NCBI RefSeq assembly: GCF_963921235.1
Contig: NC_086101.1
Location: 3,846,001-3,910,000 of the forward strand
Length of the DNA: 64,000 nucleotides
Source: Mobula hypostoma
Taxonomy: Eukaryota
Reading direction: 5' to 3'
Shown here: piece after piece, positions 1 through 13,089 of the stretch
How the letters are laid out: each line of letters starts with the position of its first letter
Position numbering within the stretch: position 1 is the stretch's first letter
Notes under the pieces: model-generated
Seen by the model: the letters and a program-made list of their open reading frames with translations, nothing else
The model's database searches: none
What the model was told of the DNA's origin: nothing
Made by a program: the position numbers and the translations under genes

Positions 1-2195
1 TCCAGCTGGTCCAAATCCCTCTGCAAGCTTTGAAAACCTTCCTCACTGTCCACTACACCTCCAATCTTTGTATCATTAGCAAATTCGCTGATCCAATTTA
101 CCACATTATCATCCAGATCATTGATATAGATGACAAATAACAATGGAGCCAGCACTGATCCCTGTGGCACACCACTAGTCACAGGCCTCCACTCAGAGAA
201 GCAATTCTCTACCACCACTCTCTGGCTTCTTCCATCGAGCCAATGTCTAATCCAATTTACCACCTCTCCATGTATACCAGCGACTGAATTTTCCTAAGTA
301 ACCTCCCATGCGGGACCTTGTCAAAGGACTTACTGAAGTCCATGTAGACAATATCCACTGCCTTCCCTTCATCCACTTTCCTGGTAAACTCCTCGAAAAA
401 CTCCAATAGATTGGTCAACATGACCTACCACGCACAAAGCCATATTGACTCTCGCTAATAAGTCCCTGTCTATCCAAATACTTGCAGATTCTGTCTCTTA
501 GTACTCCCTCCAATAACTTACCCACTACCAGCGTCAAACTTACCGGCCTATAATTTCCCCGATTACTTTTCGATCCTTTTTTAAACAACGGAACAACATG
601 AGCCATTCTCCAATCCTCCGGCACCTCACCCGTAGACACCGACATTTTAAATACATCTGCCAGGGCCCCTGCAATTTCAACACTAGTCTCCTTCAAGGTC
701 CGAGGGAATACCCTGTCAGCTCCTGGGGATTCATCCACTTTAATTTTCCTCAAGACAGAAAGCACCTCCTCCTTTTCAATCTGTACAGTTTCCATGATTT
801 CATTACTTGTTTCCCTTAATTCCATAGACTTCATGCTAGTTTCCTTAGTAAAGACAGACGCAAAAAAACCATTTAAGATCTCCCCCATTTCTTTTCGTTC
901 CGCACATAGGCGACCACTCTGATCTTCAAGAGGACCAATTTTATCCCTTATACCTGTAAAAGCTCTTTGGATTATCCTTCACTTTGACTGCCAAGGCAAT
1001 CTCATGTCTTCTTTAAGCGCTCATGATTTCCGTCTGAAGTATTTACTTGCGCTTTTTACACTCCTCAAGCACCTTATTTACTTCCTGTTTCCTATACATG
1101 TCATACCACTCTCTCTTCTACTTTATCAGAGTTGCAATATCCCTTGAGGACCAAGGTTTCCTATTCCTTTTCAATTCGCCTTTAATCCTGACAGGAACAT
1201 ACAAACTTTGCTCCCTGAAAATTTCTCCTTTGAAAGCTTCCCACTTACCGATCACATCTTTGCCAGAGAACAACCTGTCCCAATCCACGCTTTTTCGATC
1301 CTTTCTCATTTCTTCAAATTTGAATATTCTTCCAGTTTAGAACCTCAACCCTAGGACCAGATCTATCCTTGTCCATGATCAAGTTGAAACTAATGGTGTT
1401 ATGATCACTGGAACCAAAGTGCTCCCCTACACAGACTTCTGTCACTTGTCCTAACTCGTTTCCTAATAGGAGATCTAATATTGCATCCTCTCCAGTTGGT
1501 CCCTCTATATATTGATTTAGAAAACTTTCCTGAACACATTTTACAAACTCTAAACCATCTAGACCCCTAACAGTATGGGAGTCCCAATCAATGTATGGAA
1601 AATTAAAATCCTCTACCACCACAACTTTATGTTTCCTGCAGTTGCCTGCTATCTCTCTGCAGATTTGCTCCTCCAATTCTCGCTGACGACTGGGTGGTCT
1701 GTAATACAAGCCCACTAATGTGGCCATACCTTTCCTGTTTCTCAGCTGCACCCATAAGGACTCAGTAGACAAGCCCTCTAATCTGTCCTGCCTGAGCACT
1801 GCTGTAATATTTTCCCTGACAAGCAATACTGCCCCCCCGCCCACAACAGCTTTCATTCCTCTGCCTCCATCACATCTGAAACATCAGAACCCCGGAATAT
1901 TAAGCTGCCAGTCCTGCCCCTCCTGTAGCCAAGTTTCACTAATTGCTATAACGTCATAATTCCACGTGTCAATCCACGTCCTGAACTCATCCGCCTTCCC
2001 CGCAATACTCCTAGCATTGAAATATATACACCTCAGAATATTTTACCACCACTCACAACCTTTCTATTTGTGGCTTTGCTTGAACTTTTAACATCATTTA
2101 TTTACACCCCAGCCCCACTGTCAGCTCTGGCACTCTGGTTCCCATCCCCCTGCAAATCTAGATTAAAGCCTCCCCAATAGCACTAACAAACCTCC
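1..2195 (-). mobile_element. CR1 LINE ORF2 remnant (APE endonuclease + N-terminal RT), frameshifted
   Basis: Fragments such as VAISETWL, DFNFPYIDW, SSDHNTISF and NYRPVSLT...QYGFVRGRSC. Confidence 0.9.
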
Positions 2196-2652
2196 CGTTT
2201 GTCGCCAAACAATTGATACTAGAACGTACAATCATCATAGCGATATTTGATTCTGCGCTTCCCGCTCCCTGGATCTTCCGCATGTTCATCATCCTCATCC
2301 TCACATTGATCGCGGCACTGCAATGAACTGAACTTTCTCACATTAAGCAGCTGGATTGGGGGAGTTCTGAATTCAGGACATTCACAAAGATGAACCACGG
2401 GTTTACAAAGCGTAGAACATCAGACGGGAGAAAAAGCGGATGTTGGAAAAATCAATAAACTTCCCACCTTCCACACCCATCTTCACTTTAAGGACAGGCA
2501 CGTAATCTGACCTCGCCAATCACCCTTGGCTCCACACACAGACACTGATCCTGAAGCGGACCTTTCTATCCCGAGTTATAGTTCTGTTCCTAATACGATT
2601 CTAAAATCCTCCACCACTCACCTTTACAAATCTGAGAGACTGCCGGAGAAGA

Positions 2653-2683
2653 TGCATTTCCCTGTGCGGCCAGCAGGTGGGGG
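2653..2683 (+). promoter_or_regulatory. Candidate CTCF site (identical copy at 55093-55123)
   Basis: TGCATTTCC-N8-CCAGCAGGTGGGGG. Confidence 0.5.
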
Positions 2684-4523
2684 AATTGCTCCAGTTATTC
2701 TGCCTTCACCCTGTCGGAACGGAGTGCGTCAACAGATGCCAGGTACACACTCGCTGCTCCCCACTGTCCAGCAGGAGTTGTGGAGAATTACTCTCCTTGT
2801 TCTCAGTGTAGGAATGTCAATACCGGGAGTAAATATAAGGTGAGAGGACGGGTTTAGAGGAGATTGATGAGGCACACAGAGAATGGTCGGTGCCCGGAAC
2901 GTGCTGCCAGGGGAGGTGGTGGAAGCATATGCAACAGACAGACAGACTGTCTGATATTCAGACAGACACATGAACAGACAGGGAATGGAGGGTTGTGGAC
3001 CATGTACAAGCAGATGGGATGAGATTGAATTGGCACAATGTTCAGCACAGATTTGTGGGCCGAATGGCCTGTTCCTGTGTTTTATTGTTCAATGTTCTAT
3101 GTTCAGCAGTTGTGGACGCAGCAGTCAACAACAACAACTGGTATTTAGGTACAGTCGCTGTGTAAATGCAGTAAAGTGTCCCTGGCGCTTACACAGACGT
3201 GTTTCTCACTGGATACAAAAACAATGAATACAACAAACTCTGCATACTGTTACATGCATTGGGGACAGTGGAGTGAATACAGTCAACACGGGGTACAGAG
3301 GATGCTCTACACAGAGTGCACGGGTTACCGCTCCCCTGTGTAATCCAACAGACAGAAGACCTAAAAATTAATAGACACAAAGATCGATTTGTGTTTCATG
3401 AAAGTAAGAAACAGGACAAGAAGTGGCCATTCGTCCCCTTTCATCTGTTCTACTCTTCAATCAGAACTTTGCTGATCATTGACTTCAGTGCCAATTTCCT
3501 GCACCATCCCATCATCGCTGTGCCCTTTAGATCCAGAAATCTTTTGTCGAGAATTCCAAAGGTACACCGCACACTGGGTGAGGAATTTTCCCTCATCTCT
3601 GTGCTGCTGAGGCGACCTCTTATTGTGAGTCTGTGACCCCTGGTTCCACACCCCATCCAGGGGAAACATCATTCCTGCCTCTACCCTGTCAATACCCAGT
3701 GAGACTGTGTCTGTGACAGTGAGACCACCTCTTATTCTTCTAATTATGAGACAGTCTCAGTCAGTGTAATATCCCCGAGGACACGACGTGAAGGGTAAAG
3801 CTTTAAAGTAAGAGGGTCAAAGTTGAACCAGGATGTTCAAGGCATGTGTTTCGACACAATGAGTGATATCTTCCTGGAATGTGCGGCCGGGATGGGGAGT
3901 GGTGGAATCAGATACGATCGTGATGTTTAACAGACATTTAAACAGGGAATTGAACAGACAGGGAATGGAGGATATGGATCATTTGCTGGCAAACATGCTG
4001 ACATCATGGTCAGCATAGACAGCGTGGGCAGAATGGCATGTTCCTGTGCTGTACTGCTCTGTGTTCAGTGTTTGAAATATCACAGCCAGGGAGTCAGCAA
4101 TTTCGTCCCTGGATTCCCACCATGACAGTGGATACACTGGGTCAGACCCTGGGATTTATCCAGCTTTGTGTGTTTAAGCTGGCCAGCCTCCTGTGTAGTG
4201 TTGTTATGTTTCAGGACATTCGTATTCTCCTCCCTGAATTCCCCAGCTTCCATCACCTTCTCCATAGTAAATACAGATGAGAAGTATTTGTTTCAGACCT
4301 CACCCATCTGCTGTGTCTCCACACATAGATGACCACACTGATCCTTCAAGGGACATATTCCATCACCAGTTACCCTTTTGTTTTCCACAGACTCAAAGAA
4401 TATTTTTGGAATTACCTTTATCTGACCTGCTAAAGCTATCAGGTGTCCCCTTTATGACAAGCAACATACATCAAAGTTGCTGGTGAACACAGCAGGCCAT
4501 GCAGCATCTATAGGAAGAGGTGC

Positions 4524-4559
4524 AGTCGACGTTTCAGGCCGAGACCCTTCGTCAGGACT
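4524..4559 (-). ncRNA. Minimal type I hammerhead ribozyme motif (PLE terminal repeat)
   Basis: Reverse complement reads AGUC-CUGACGA-AGGGUCUCGGCCU-GAAAC-GUC-GACU: conserved core, stem I AGUC/GACU, loop-less palindromic stem III (ACGU). Confidence 0.8.
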
Positions 4560-5667
4560 AACTGAAGGAAGAGTGAGTAAGGGATTTGAAAGTTGGAGGG
4601 GGAGGGGGAGAGCCAAAATGATAGGAGAAGACAGGAGGGGGAGGGATAGAGCCAAGAACTGGACAGGTGATAGGCAAAAGGGGATACGAGAGGATCATGG
4701 GACAGGAGGTCCGGGAAGAAAGACACGGGGGGGGGGGTTGACCCAGAGGATGGGCAAGAAGTATATTCAGAGGGACAGAGGGAGAAAAAGGAGAGTGAAA
4801 GAAAGAATGTGTGCATAAAAATGAGTAACAGATGGGGTACGAGAGGGAGGTGGGGACCTAGCGGAAGTTAGAGAAGTCGATGTTCATGCCATCAGGTTGG
4901 AGGCTACCCAGACGGAATATAAGGTGTTGTTCCTCCAACCTGAATGTGGCTTCATCTCCACAGTAGAGGAGGCCGTGGACAGACATGTCAGAATGGGAAT
5001 GGGATGTGGAATTAAAATGTGTTGCCACTGGGAGATCCTGTTTTCTCTGGCGGACAGAGCGTACATGTTGCTGGGGTGATATACTGTGTCCGGTGCTCCT
5101 GATGCGGCCTTCTATATATTGGCGAGACCCGACGCAGACTGGGAGACCGCTTTGCTGAACATCTACGCTCTGTCCGCCAGAGAAAGCAGGATCTCCTAGT
5201 GGCCACACCTTTTAATTCCACATCCCATTCCCATTCTGACATGTCTGTCCACGGCCTCCTCTACTGTGGAGATGAAGCCACACTCAGGTTGGAGGAACAA
5301 CACCTTATATTCCGTCTGGGTAGCCTCCAACCTGATGGCATGAACATCGACTTCTCTAACTTCCGCTAAGGCCCCACCTGCCCCTCGTACCCCATCTGTT
5401 ACTCATTTTTATGCACACATTCTTTCTCTCACTCTCCTTTTTCTCCCTCTGTCCCTCTGAATATACCTCTTGCCCATCCTCTGGGTGAACCCCGCCCCCC
5501 TTGTCTTTTTTCCCGGACCTCCTGTCCCATGATCCTCTCGTATCCCCTTTTGCCTATCACCTGTCCAGCTCTCGGCTCTATCCCTCCCCCGCCTGTCTTC
5601 TCCTATCATTTTGGATCTCCCCCTCCCCCACCAACTTTCAAATCCCTTACTCACTCTTCCTTCAGTT

Positions 5668-5703
5668 AGTCCTGACGAAGGGTCTCGGCCTGAAACGTCG
5701 ACT
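5668..5703 (+). ncRNA. Minimal type I hammerhead ribozyme motif
   Basis: AGTC CTGACGA AGGGTCTCGGCCT GAAAC GTC GACT. Confidence 0.8.
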
Positions 5704-7079
5704 GTACCTCTTCCTATAGATGCTGCTTGGCCTGCTGCGTTCACCAGCAACTTTGATGTGTGTTGCTTGAATTTCCAGCATCTGCAGAATTCCTGTTGTT
5801 TCCCCTTTATGACCATCTGATTTTCCCCTTTTAGTGTTCTACTACACCCCTTCTCCTCCTTGAGGACCCCGGCCTCGTTCCCCTGACACACGACTCTATC
5901 CTGACCAGAGCCTCAATGACCCTCGTCAGAAAGGGTTCCCTCATCCCTCCAGTCTCACCATTCACTCTAACAAGGACAGGCTGATCCGGAATCCTTCCAA
6001 ACTCAGTTTTAAAACCGCTCACTTGCCAGATGTCTGTTTACTTGTGACCACCCTCCTGTTGTACACCTCTATTCATTCCCCGACCCCTTCTATCCTCCCT
6101 CAGTTCAGTCTGTTCACTGCTCTGAACATCAGAAATAGCAGCAAGAGGAGGCTGTTCAGCCCCTCACACCTGCTATCCCATTGAATAAGATAGAAACCAC
6201 CTCACTGAGCTACAGATGCAAAGGACGTGACAGAAGTGGAGGTGAGAGAGGAGGGGAGTTGTGATGTTGATGAGGGAGAACATCATCACAGCACTTAGAG
6301 AGATCCTTGTGGGGATGAAACATTTGTTTGTGATAGGAGGCAGAGGGTGGTGCCATGGTCGGTAATTTTTATGGATGTGAGGTGAGAGTGGAAAACAGTT
6401 AAGAAGATCTGAAGAGAAACGTTTTCCACAGGGAAGATGGAAAAAGCTGCAAGTGGATGTGAATTTGAACAGAAATCTTGCTGAAATCATATTCACCTCA
6501 TTATCAAACAATCAATCACATTTCTTTTATGTTCTGATATATAGATTAATACATTAATGATTTGAATGAGAATGTGGGTGAGCTGATCAGTAAACTTGCA
6601 GATGGTGGACAGTGAAGGTGTTTAATTATCAATTGAACATACCATATGACCATAACATATAGAAACTCAATGGCCCACTGAGTCTGCTCTGCTATTTCAA
6701 CCTGGCTGATCCAATTTTCCTCTTTGCCCCAATCTCCTGCCTTCTCCCCGTGTCCCTTCATGTCCAGACCAATCAAAAATCTATCAACCTCTGTCTTAAA
6801 TATACATAAAGACTTGACCTCCACAGCTGCCTGTGGCAAAAACATTCCACAGATTCACCACCCTCTGGCTGCAGAAATGTCTCCTCATCTCCATTCTTAA
6901 AGGACGCCCCTACATTCTGAGGCTGCGTCTTCTGGTTTTAGACTCTCCAACCATAGGAAACATCCTCTGCACTTGCACTCTATCATAACGGCCTTTCACC
7001 ATTCGATAGTTTGCAATGAGACTGCAGGGTGACCTTACAGAGGTGTATAAAATTGTGAGTGACACAGATGCCAAAGACT

Positions 7080-7900
7080 ATCACAAATGGAAACATTTTA
7101 ATGGGTTGCCTCACCATCTAGTACGGAGGGGTCACTGCGCAGGACTGGGAAAAGCTGCAGAAAGTTGGAAACTCACCAAGCTCCATCATGGACATTGGTG
7201 TCCCCAGCATCGAGTATATCTTCAGCAGGTGATGCATCAGAAAGGTGGCACCCATCATTCAGGACCCCCAGTCACCCAGGACAGACCCCTTCTGATTGCA
7301 GTCATCACGGGGGAGGTACTGCAGCCTAAAGACACACACTCAGTGGTTTTGGAATAATATCTCCCCTTCCACCATCAGATTTCTGTACGGACAGTGAACC
7401 CCAGAACACTTCCTCAGCTCTTTTCTCCTTTGGCACTAGGTACTAATTTTTATTTTATATACATTTCTTCTTGTAACTTAATAGTTTATTATCATTATTA
7501 TGTATTGCACTGTACAGCTGAAGACGTGCAGAGGGTGCAGAGATTTACAGGACGCTGCCTCGATTGGGGAGCATGTTTAATGAGGAAAGGTTGAGCGAGA
7601 TAGATTTCACAACAGTTAAAACTTCCCAATGCGTAACGGCCATCAACGACGTATATTCAGAAAGGTGCTGGAAAAGGGCCAGGAACATCATGAAGGAACA
7701 CACACACCTTGCTCACGAACTGTTTGTCCCACTCCCCTCAGGGAGGAGGCTATGTAGCATCCACGTCAGGACAACCAGACTCAGAAACAGTGACTTTCCC
7801 CAAGCAGAAAGACCGAACAACACCTCCACTCACTAACCCTCCCCTGCAATCTACCACCAGCACTACTTTATCATTTCCTGTCAGAGTCACCTTATGTACG
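7080..7900 (+). mobile_element. Degraded Rex1/Babar-type LINE 3' fragments (paralog ~58130-58950)
   Basis: [48 protein letters not shown] is the typical Rex1/Babar ORF C-terminus. Confidence 0.7.
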
Positions 7901-7941
7901 GCCACTTTTGCCCTGGGAAAAATAAAAACATAGAAAACCTA

Positions 7942-8278
7942 CGAGGGGTGATTGATATGTTCGTGGCCTAAGGTAGAAGCAGTCAATTTTAAAAAACTTC
8001 AAACTTTCTGGATAATCAGAAGAGTTGAACTGCACGTGCATGTAACGAGAGCTGTATAACTCATCTCCTTCCACCTTTCACCACGAACGTATCAATCACC
8101 CCTGCTGTGGACCACTACTGGAGGTCCAAGATGCCGACTTCAACAAAGAAGGGATTCGTGTGCTCCACGACCGCTGGACTAAGTGTGTAAATGTAGGATG
8201 GGACTATGTTGAAAAATAAATGTGCTAGGTTTTCTAAAATTGGCTCCTTCTACCTTAGGCCATATCAATCACCCCTCG
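7942..8278 (+). mobile_element. Internally deleted mariner derivative (MITE-like); paralog 58993-59335
   Basis: TA|CGAGGGGTGATTGATATG ... CATATCAATCACCCCTCG|TA terminal inverted repeats; 8118-8219 encodes LEVQDADFNKEGIRVLHDRWTKCVNVGWDYVEK*, a mariner transposase C-terminus. Confidence 0.88.
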
Positions 8279-8389
8279 TAGGTTTTCGATGATTTTATTT
8301 TTCCCAGGGTAAAAGTGGCCAATACCAGTGGACATCCATTTAAGGTGACTGAAGGAAAGTTCAGGGAAGATGTCAGAGGAATGGTTTCG

Positions 8390-10250
8390 GAATTCTGAGA
8401 GTATTTGTAGAATGACACCAGATATATTTTTTGAAGAACAGCTTGTGGTTGAGACCACCGGGGAATCTGCTATTCTTAGATTGGGTGTTCTATAATGAGC
8501 TTGATTTGATTCGGGAGCTTGAGGTAAAGGAATTCTTTGGAGACTGTGATCATAATCTGATATAATTCACCCTGCAATTTAACGGGGAGAGGTGAAAGTC
8601 TGATATATCAGTATTACAGTGGTGTAAAGACAATTACAGAGGCCTGAGAGAGGAGCTGGCCAAATTTGATTGGAAAGGTACACGAGCAGGGATAACAGCA
8701 GATGGAGTTTCTGGGAGCAATTTGGAAGGCACAGGATAGATACATTCCAAAGAAAAGAACTATTCTAAAGGCAGGATGACTCAACCATGGCTGACAAGGG
8801 AAGTTAAAGCCAACTAAAAGTAAAAGAGAGAGTGTAAAACAGAGCGAACATTGGTGGTAAGTTAGAGAATTGGGAAAATTTTAAAACAACTGAAAAAGCA
8901 ACTGTAAAGCAATAAGGAGCGAAAAGATGAAATATGAAGGTATGCTAGCCAACAATATGAAAGTGGATACTAAAATTTTTTTGGAAATATCAGGAGTAAA
9001 AAGAGGCAAGAGTACATTTGCATCATTGGAAAATGACACTGGAGAGGTGGTAATGGGAGACACGGAAATAGTGGATGAACTGAATCTGTATTTTTCATTT
9101 CTCTTCACTGTGGAAGACCCTGTGGTATACTGGAAGCTTAAGGATATCAGGGGGCAGAAATAAGTATCATTGCTATTTCTAAGGAGAAGGAGGGTGAAAC
9201 TGAAAGGTCTGAAGGTGGATAAGTCACCTGCACCAGATGGACTAAATCCCAGGATTCTGATAGAGATAGCTGAAGAGAATGTGGAGGCATTAGTAATGAT
9301 GATTCAGAATTCACTATATTCTGGAATGGTTCCTGAGGACCGGAAAATTACAAAATATCATTCCAGCCTTAAATGACCTGGATGAAGAAGTGGAGGGATC
9401 GGTTCGTAAATTTGCTGATGACGCAAAGATTTGAGGTGTAGTGGATAGTGAGGACAGCTATCAGAGTTTACATCGGGAGATCGATAGGATGCAAAACTGG
9501 GTTGAGAAGTGGCAGATGGAGTTCAACCCAGGTAAGTATGAGGCGGTTCATTTTGGTAGGTCAAATATGATGGCAGAATATAGGCATAATAGTAAGACTC
9601 TTGGCAGTGTGGAGAATCAGAGGGATCTTGGGGTCCGAGTCCATAGGACACTCAAGGCTGCTACGCAGGTTGACTCTGTGGTTAAGAAGGCATACGGTGC
9701 ATTGTTGCAGCTATATAGGACCCTGGTCAGACCCCACTTGGTGTACTGTCCATAATTTTGGTCGCCTCGCTGCAGGAAGGATGTGGAAACTGTAGAAAGG
9801 ATGCAGAGGAGATTTACAAGGATGTTTCCCGGATTGGGGAGCATGCTTTATCACAATAGGTTGAGTGAACTCGGAGCGACGGAGGATGAGACGTGACCTG
9901 ATAGAGGAGTACAAGATAAGGAGAGGCATTGATCATGTGGATAGTCAGAGACTTTTTCCCAGGGTTGAAATGGCTAGCACGATAGGGCATACTTTTAAGG
10001 TGCTTGGAAATAGGTACAGAGGAGATGTCACGCAGAGAGTGGTGAGTGAGTGGAATGGCTGCCGGCGGCGGTGGTAGAGGCGAAAACGATCGGGTCCTTT
10101 AAGAGACTCCTGGTTGGGTATATGGATCTTCAGAAAATAGAGAGCTGTGGGTAAGCCTCGGAAGTTCTAAGGTAAGGACATGTTCGGCACAGCTTTGTGA
10201 GCCGAAGGGTCTGTATTACGTTGTAGGTTTTCTATGTTACAGTGTTTCTA
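8390..10250 (+). mobile_element. Degraded CR1 LINE fragments (paralog ~59450-61300)
   Basis: [35 protein letters not shown] motifs; 3' tail tttctatgtt. Confidence 0.85.
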
Positions 10251-10327
10251 AGACACTCGTGAGACTACATTTAGATTATGTGTGCAGTTTTGAGCTCCTT
10301 AATTTAGAAAGGATACAATAACATTGG

Positions 10328-11570
10328 CACAAGGAAATCACAGATGCTGGAAATTCAAGCAACACACGTCAAAGTTGCTGGTGAACGCAGCAGGCCAGGT
10401 AGCATCTCTCGGAAGAGGTACAGTCGACGTTTCGGGCCGAGACCCTTCGCCAGGACTAACTGAAAGAAGAGCTAGTAAGAGATTTGAAAGTGGCAGGGGG
10501 GGATGAAATCCGAAATGATAGGAGAAGACAGGAAGGGGAGGGATGGAGCTAAGAGCTGGAAAGTTCATTGGCAAAAGGGATACCAGGCTGGAGAAAAGAG
10601 AGGATCATGGGACGGGAGGCCCAGGGAGAAAGAAAGGGGGACGGGAGCGCCAGAGGAAGATGAAGAGCAGTAAAGGAGTGATTGTGAGAGGGGCAGACAG
10701 AGAAAAAAAGGAAAATAATATAAATAGAAATAAATAAAAAATAAACAAATAACTGTCGGGGTAAGAACGTGAGGAGGTGCATTAACGTAAGTTAGAGACA
10801 TCAGTGTTCATTCCATCAGGTTGGAGGCTACCCAGACGGAATATAAGATGTTGTTCCTCCAGCCTGAGTGTAGTTTCATCTTGACAGTAGAGGAGGCCGT
10901 GGATAGACATATCAGAATGGGAATGGGACATGGAATTAAAATGTGTGGCCACTGGGAGATCCTGCTTTCTCCGGCGGACAGAGCGTTGGCCACACAGTTT
11001 AATTCCACGTCCCATTCCCATTCTGATATGTCTGTCCATGGCCTCCTCTACTGTCAAGATGAAACTACACTCAGGCTGGAGGAACAACACCTTATATTCC
11101 GTCTGGATAGCTTCCAACCTCATGGCATGAACATTGACTTCTCTAACTTCTGTTAATGCCCCTCCTCCCGTTCTTACCCCCATTCCTCATTAATTTATTT
11201 ATTATTTATTTTTTCCCCTTTCTTTCTCCCTTTTCTCCCTCTGACAACCTTACAATTACTCCTTGCCTGCTCTCCATCTTCCTCTGGCACTCCCCTCCCC
11301 CTTTCTTTCTCCCTTGGCCTCCCGTCCCATGATCCACACCCTTCTCCAGCCTTCTATCCCTTTTGCCAATCAACCTTCCAGCTCTTAGCTCTATTCCTCT
11401 CCCTCCTGTCTTCTCCTATCATTTTGGATCTCCCCTTCCCCCTTTCAAATCTCTCACTATCTCTTCTTTCAGTACGTGCTGACGAAGGGTCTCGGCCTGT
11501 AACGTCGCCTGTACCTCTTCCTATGGATGCTGTCTGGCCTGCTCCGTTCCACCAGCATTTTGTGTGTATT
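10328..11570. mobile_element. Second palindromic Penelope-like insertion inside a CR1 (paralog 61385-62631)
   Basis: Antisense arm 10328-10986 and sense arm 10987-11570, both with the GIY-YIG C-terminus (LEEQHLIFRL..LQP.GMN). Degenerate ~11-bp TSD AATAACATTGG (10317-10327) / ACTAACATCGG (11571-11581). Both hammerhead cores are mutated. Confidence 0.85.
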
Positions 11571-12095
11571 ACTAACATCGGAGAGGGTTCAGAGAAGATT
11601 CATGAGAATGTTTGTAGGAATGAAAGGGTTATCGTATGAGGAACATCTGGCAGCTCCTGGCCGGTGTTCTCTGTCGTTCAGGAGAATGGGGGCGGGGGGG
11701 GGGGGCGGGGGTATCTCATAGATCCATTCCAAATTTTAAAAGACCCGAACAGATTAGATATAACAAAGTTACTTCCCGTGATAGGGGCGTCTCGGACAAG
11801 AGGACACGACTTCAGGATTGAAGGACGTCAATTTTGAACAGAGATGCGGAGAAATTACTTTAGTCAGAGGGTGGTAAATCTGTGGAGTTTGTTGCCATGA
11901 GTGGCTGTGGAGGCCAAGTCATTGGGTGTATTTAAGGCAGAGATAGATAGGTTCTTGATTAGCCAGGACATCAAAGGGTATGGGGAGAAGGCAGGGGAGT
12001 GGGGACGACAGGAAGAATTGGATCAGCCTATAATTGAGGGTGGAGCAGACTCGATGGGCCGAATGGCCGACTGCTCCTCTGTCTTATGGTTTTGA
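11571..12095 (+). mobile_element. CR1 LINE 3' end
   Basis: [30 protein letters not shown] motifs and the 3' UTR GATGGGCCGAATGGCC. Confidence 0.8.
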
Positions 12096-13089
12096 GACAC
12101 ACTCAGCATTTCAGAAACAGCTTCGTCCACTCCGCCATCAGATTTCTGAATGGAGAATGAACCCATGAACACTTCCTCAGTATTTTCCCTCACTTTCTGC
12201 ACGACCTTTAAAATTTATTTTAATGCTATTGTAATTTATATTTTTATTACTATGTATTGCAATGTACTGCTGCCACCAAACAACAAATTTCACCACATAT
12301 GCTGGAAATATTAATCCTGATTCTGATACACAAACCACACAGCTGGGCTCAGGCTCCCACATACCCCGCTTTGTGTCTCTCTGCGTACTCTGTGGCTGTC
12401 GGCCTGAAGCTCTCACTGTTGCAACACCTGCCCTTCCAATTCATGTCTGAGGGGGTTGTATCTGTTCACTGTTTGAGTTCTACATTAAACAGACAGCATT
12501 AACTGGGAAGGAAAGTTTGAATACAAGAATACAGTTCTCCTCTGAAGTTATTTGGGGTCCAGGTGAGACCGGACATGGAACACTGTGCACAGGTCTGGTC
12601 TCCCTCCCAGAGTCAGCCTGTAGGATGAAGGGAATGAAAAAGTTTCCCAGATTGATTTGGGGGTGAGTTCGTGTCCTCAAAGAGATTATACTGACTGAGA
12701 CTGTCTCAGAATTAGAGAAATAAGAAGTGGTCTCACTGGCACAGACACAGTCTCACAGAATATTGACAGGTTAGAGGCAGGAGTGATGTTCCCCCTGTGG
12801 GTGTGGAACTAGGGGTCAGAGACTCAAAACAAGAGATCACCTCAGCAGGACTGAGATGAAGAGAAATTTTCTCACCTTGAGTGCGGTGAATCCTTAGAAG
12901 TTTTTCCACGAGGTTTCTAAATTCAAAAGGTAAATTCAGGGGCTCAGCGAGGATGGGAAGTTTGGAGAAAAGAGGCACTGAGGTCAAAGATCAGCCATGC
13001 TCCGAGTGAAGGGCTGAGCTATCGCAAGGGGCCGAATGGCCATGCCTGCTCCTATTTTTTATTTTCTAAAACACGAATTTAGCTTTGTG

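Larger units (their letters stand above)
4459..5800. mobile_element. Palindromic Penelope-like insertion (inverted arms ~4459-5069 and ~5158-5768) with a 13-bp TSD
   Basis: GIY-YIG endonuclease remnant (VIYCVRC..CGLLYIGETRRRLGDRFAEH...LEEQHLIFRLGSLQPDGMN). TSD TCCCCTTTATGAC at 4446-4458 and 5801-5813; single copy (empty site) at 56856-56868. Confidence 0.92.
1..12951 (+). repeat. Segmental/tandem duplication, copy A (runs off the left edge)
   Basis: Collinear with 52423..64000: position 1 TCCAGCTGGTCCAAATCCCT matches 52423, and 12951 matches 64000. The same unique and TE segments occur in the same order with scattered substitutions. Confidence 0.97.

Noticed and set aside
2790..2850. Apparent small exon (ctctccttgttctcag ... 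AAG|gtgaga), conserved in both duplicates
   Set aside because: The sequence and its continuation read as a degraded CR1 3' end, and the conservation is explained by the recent duplication.
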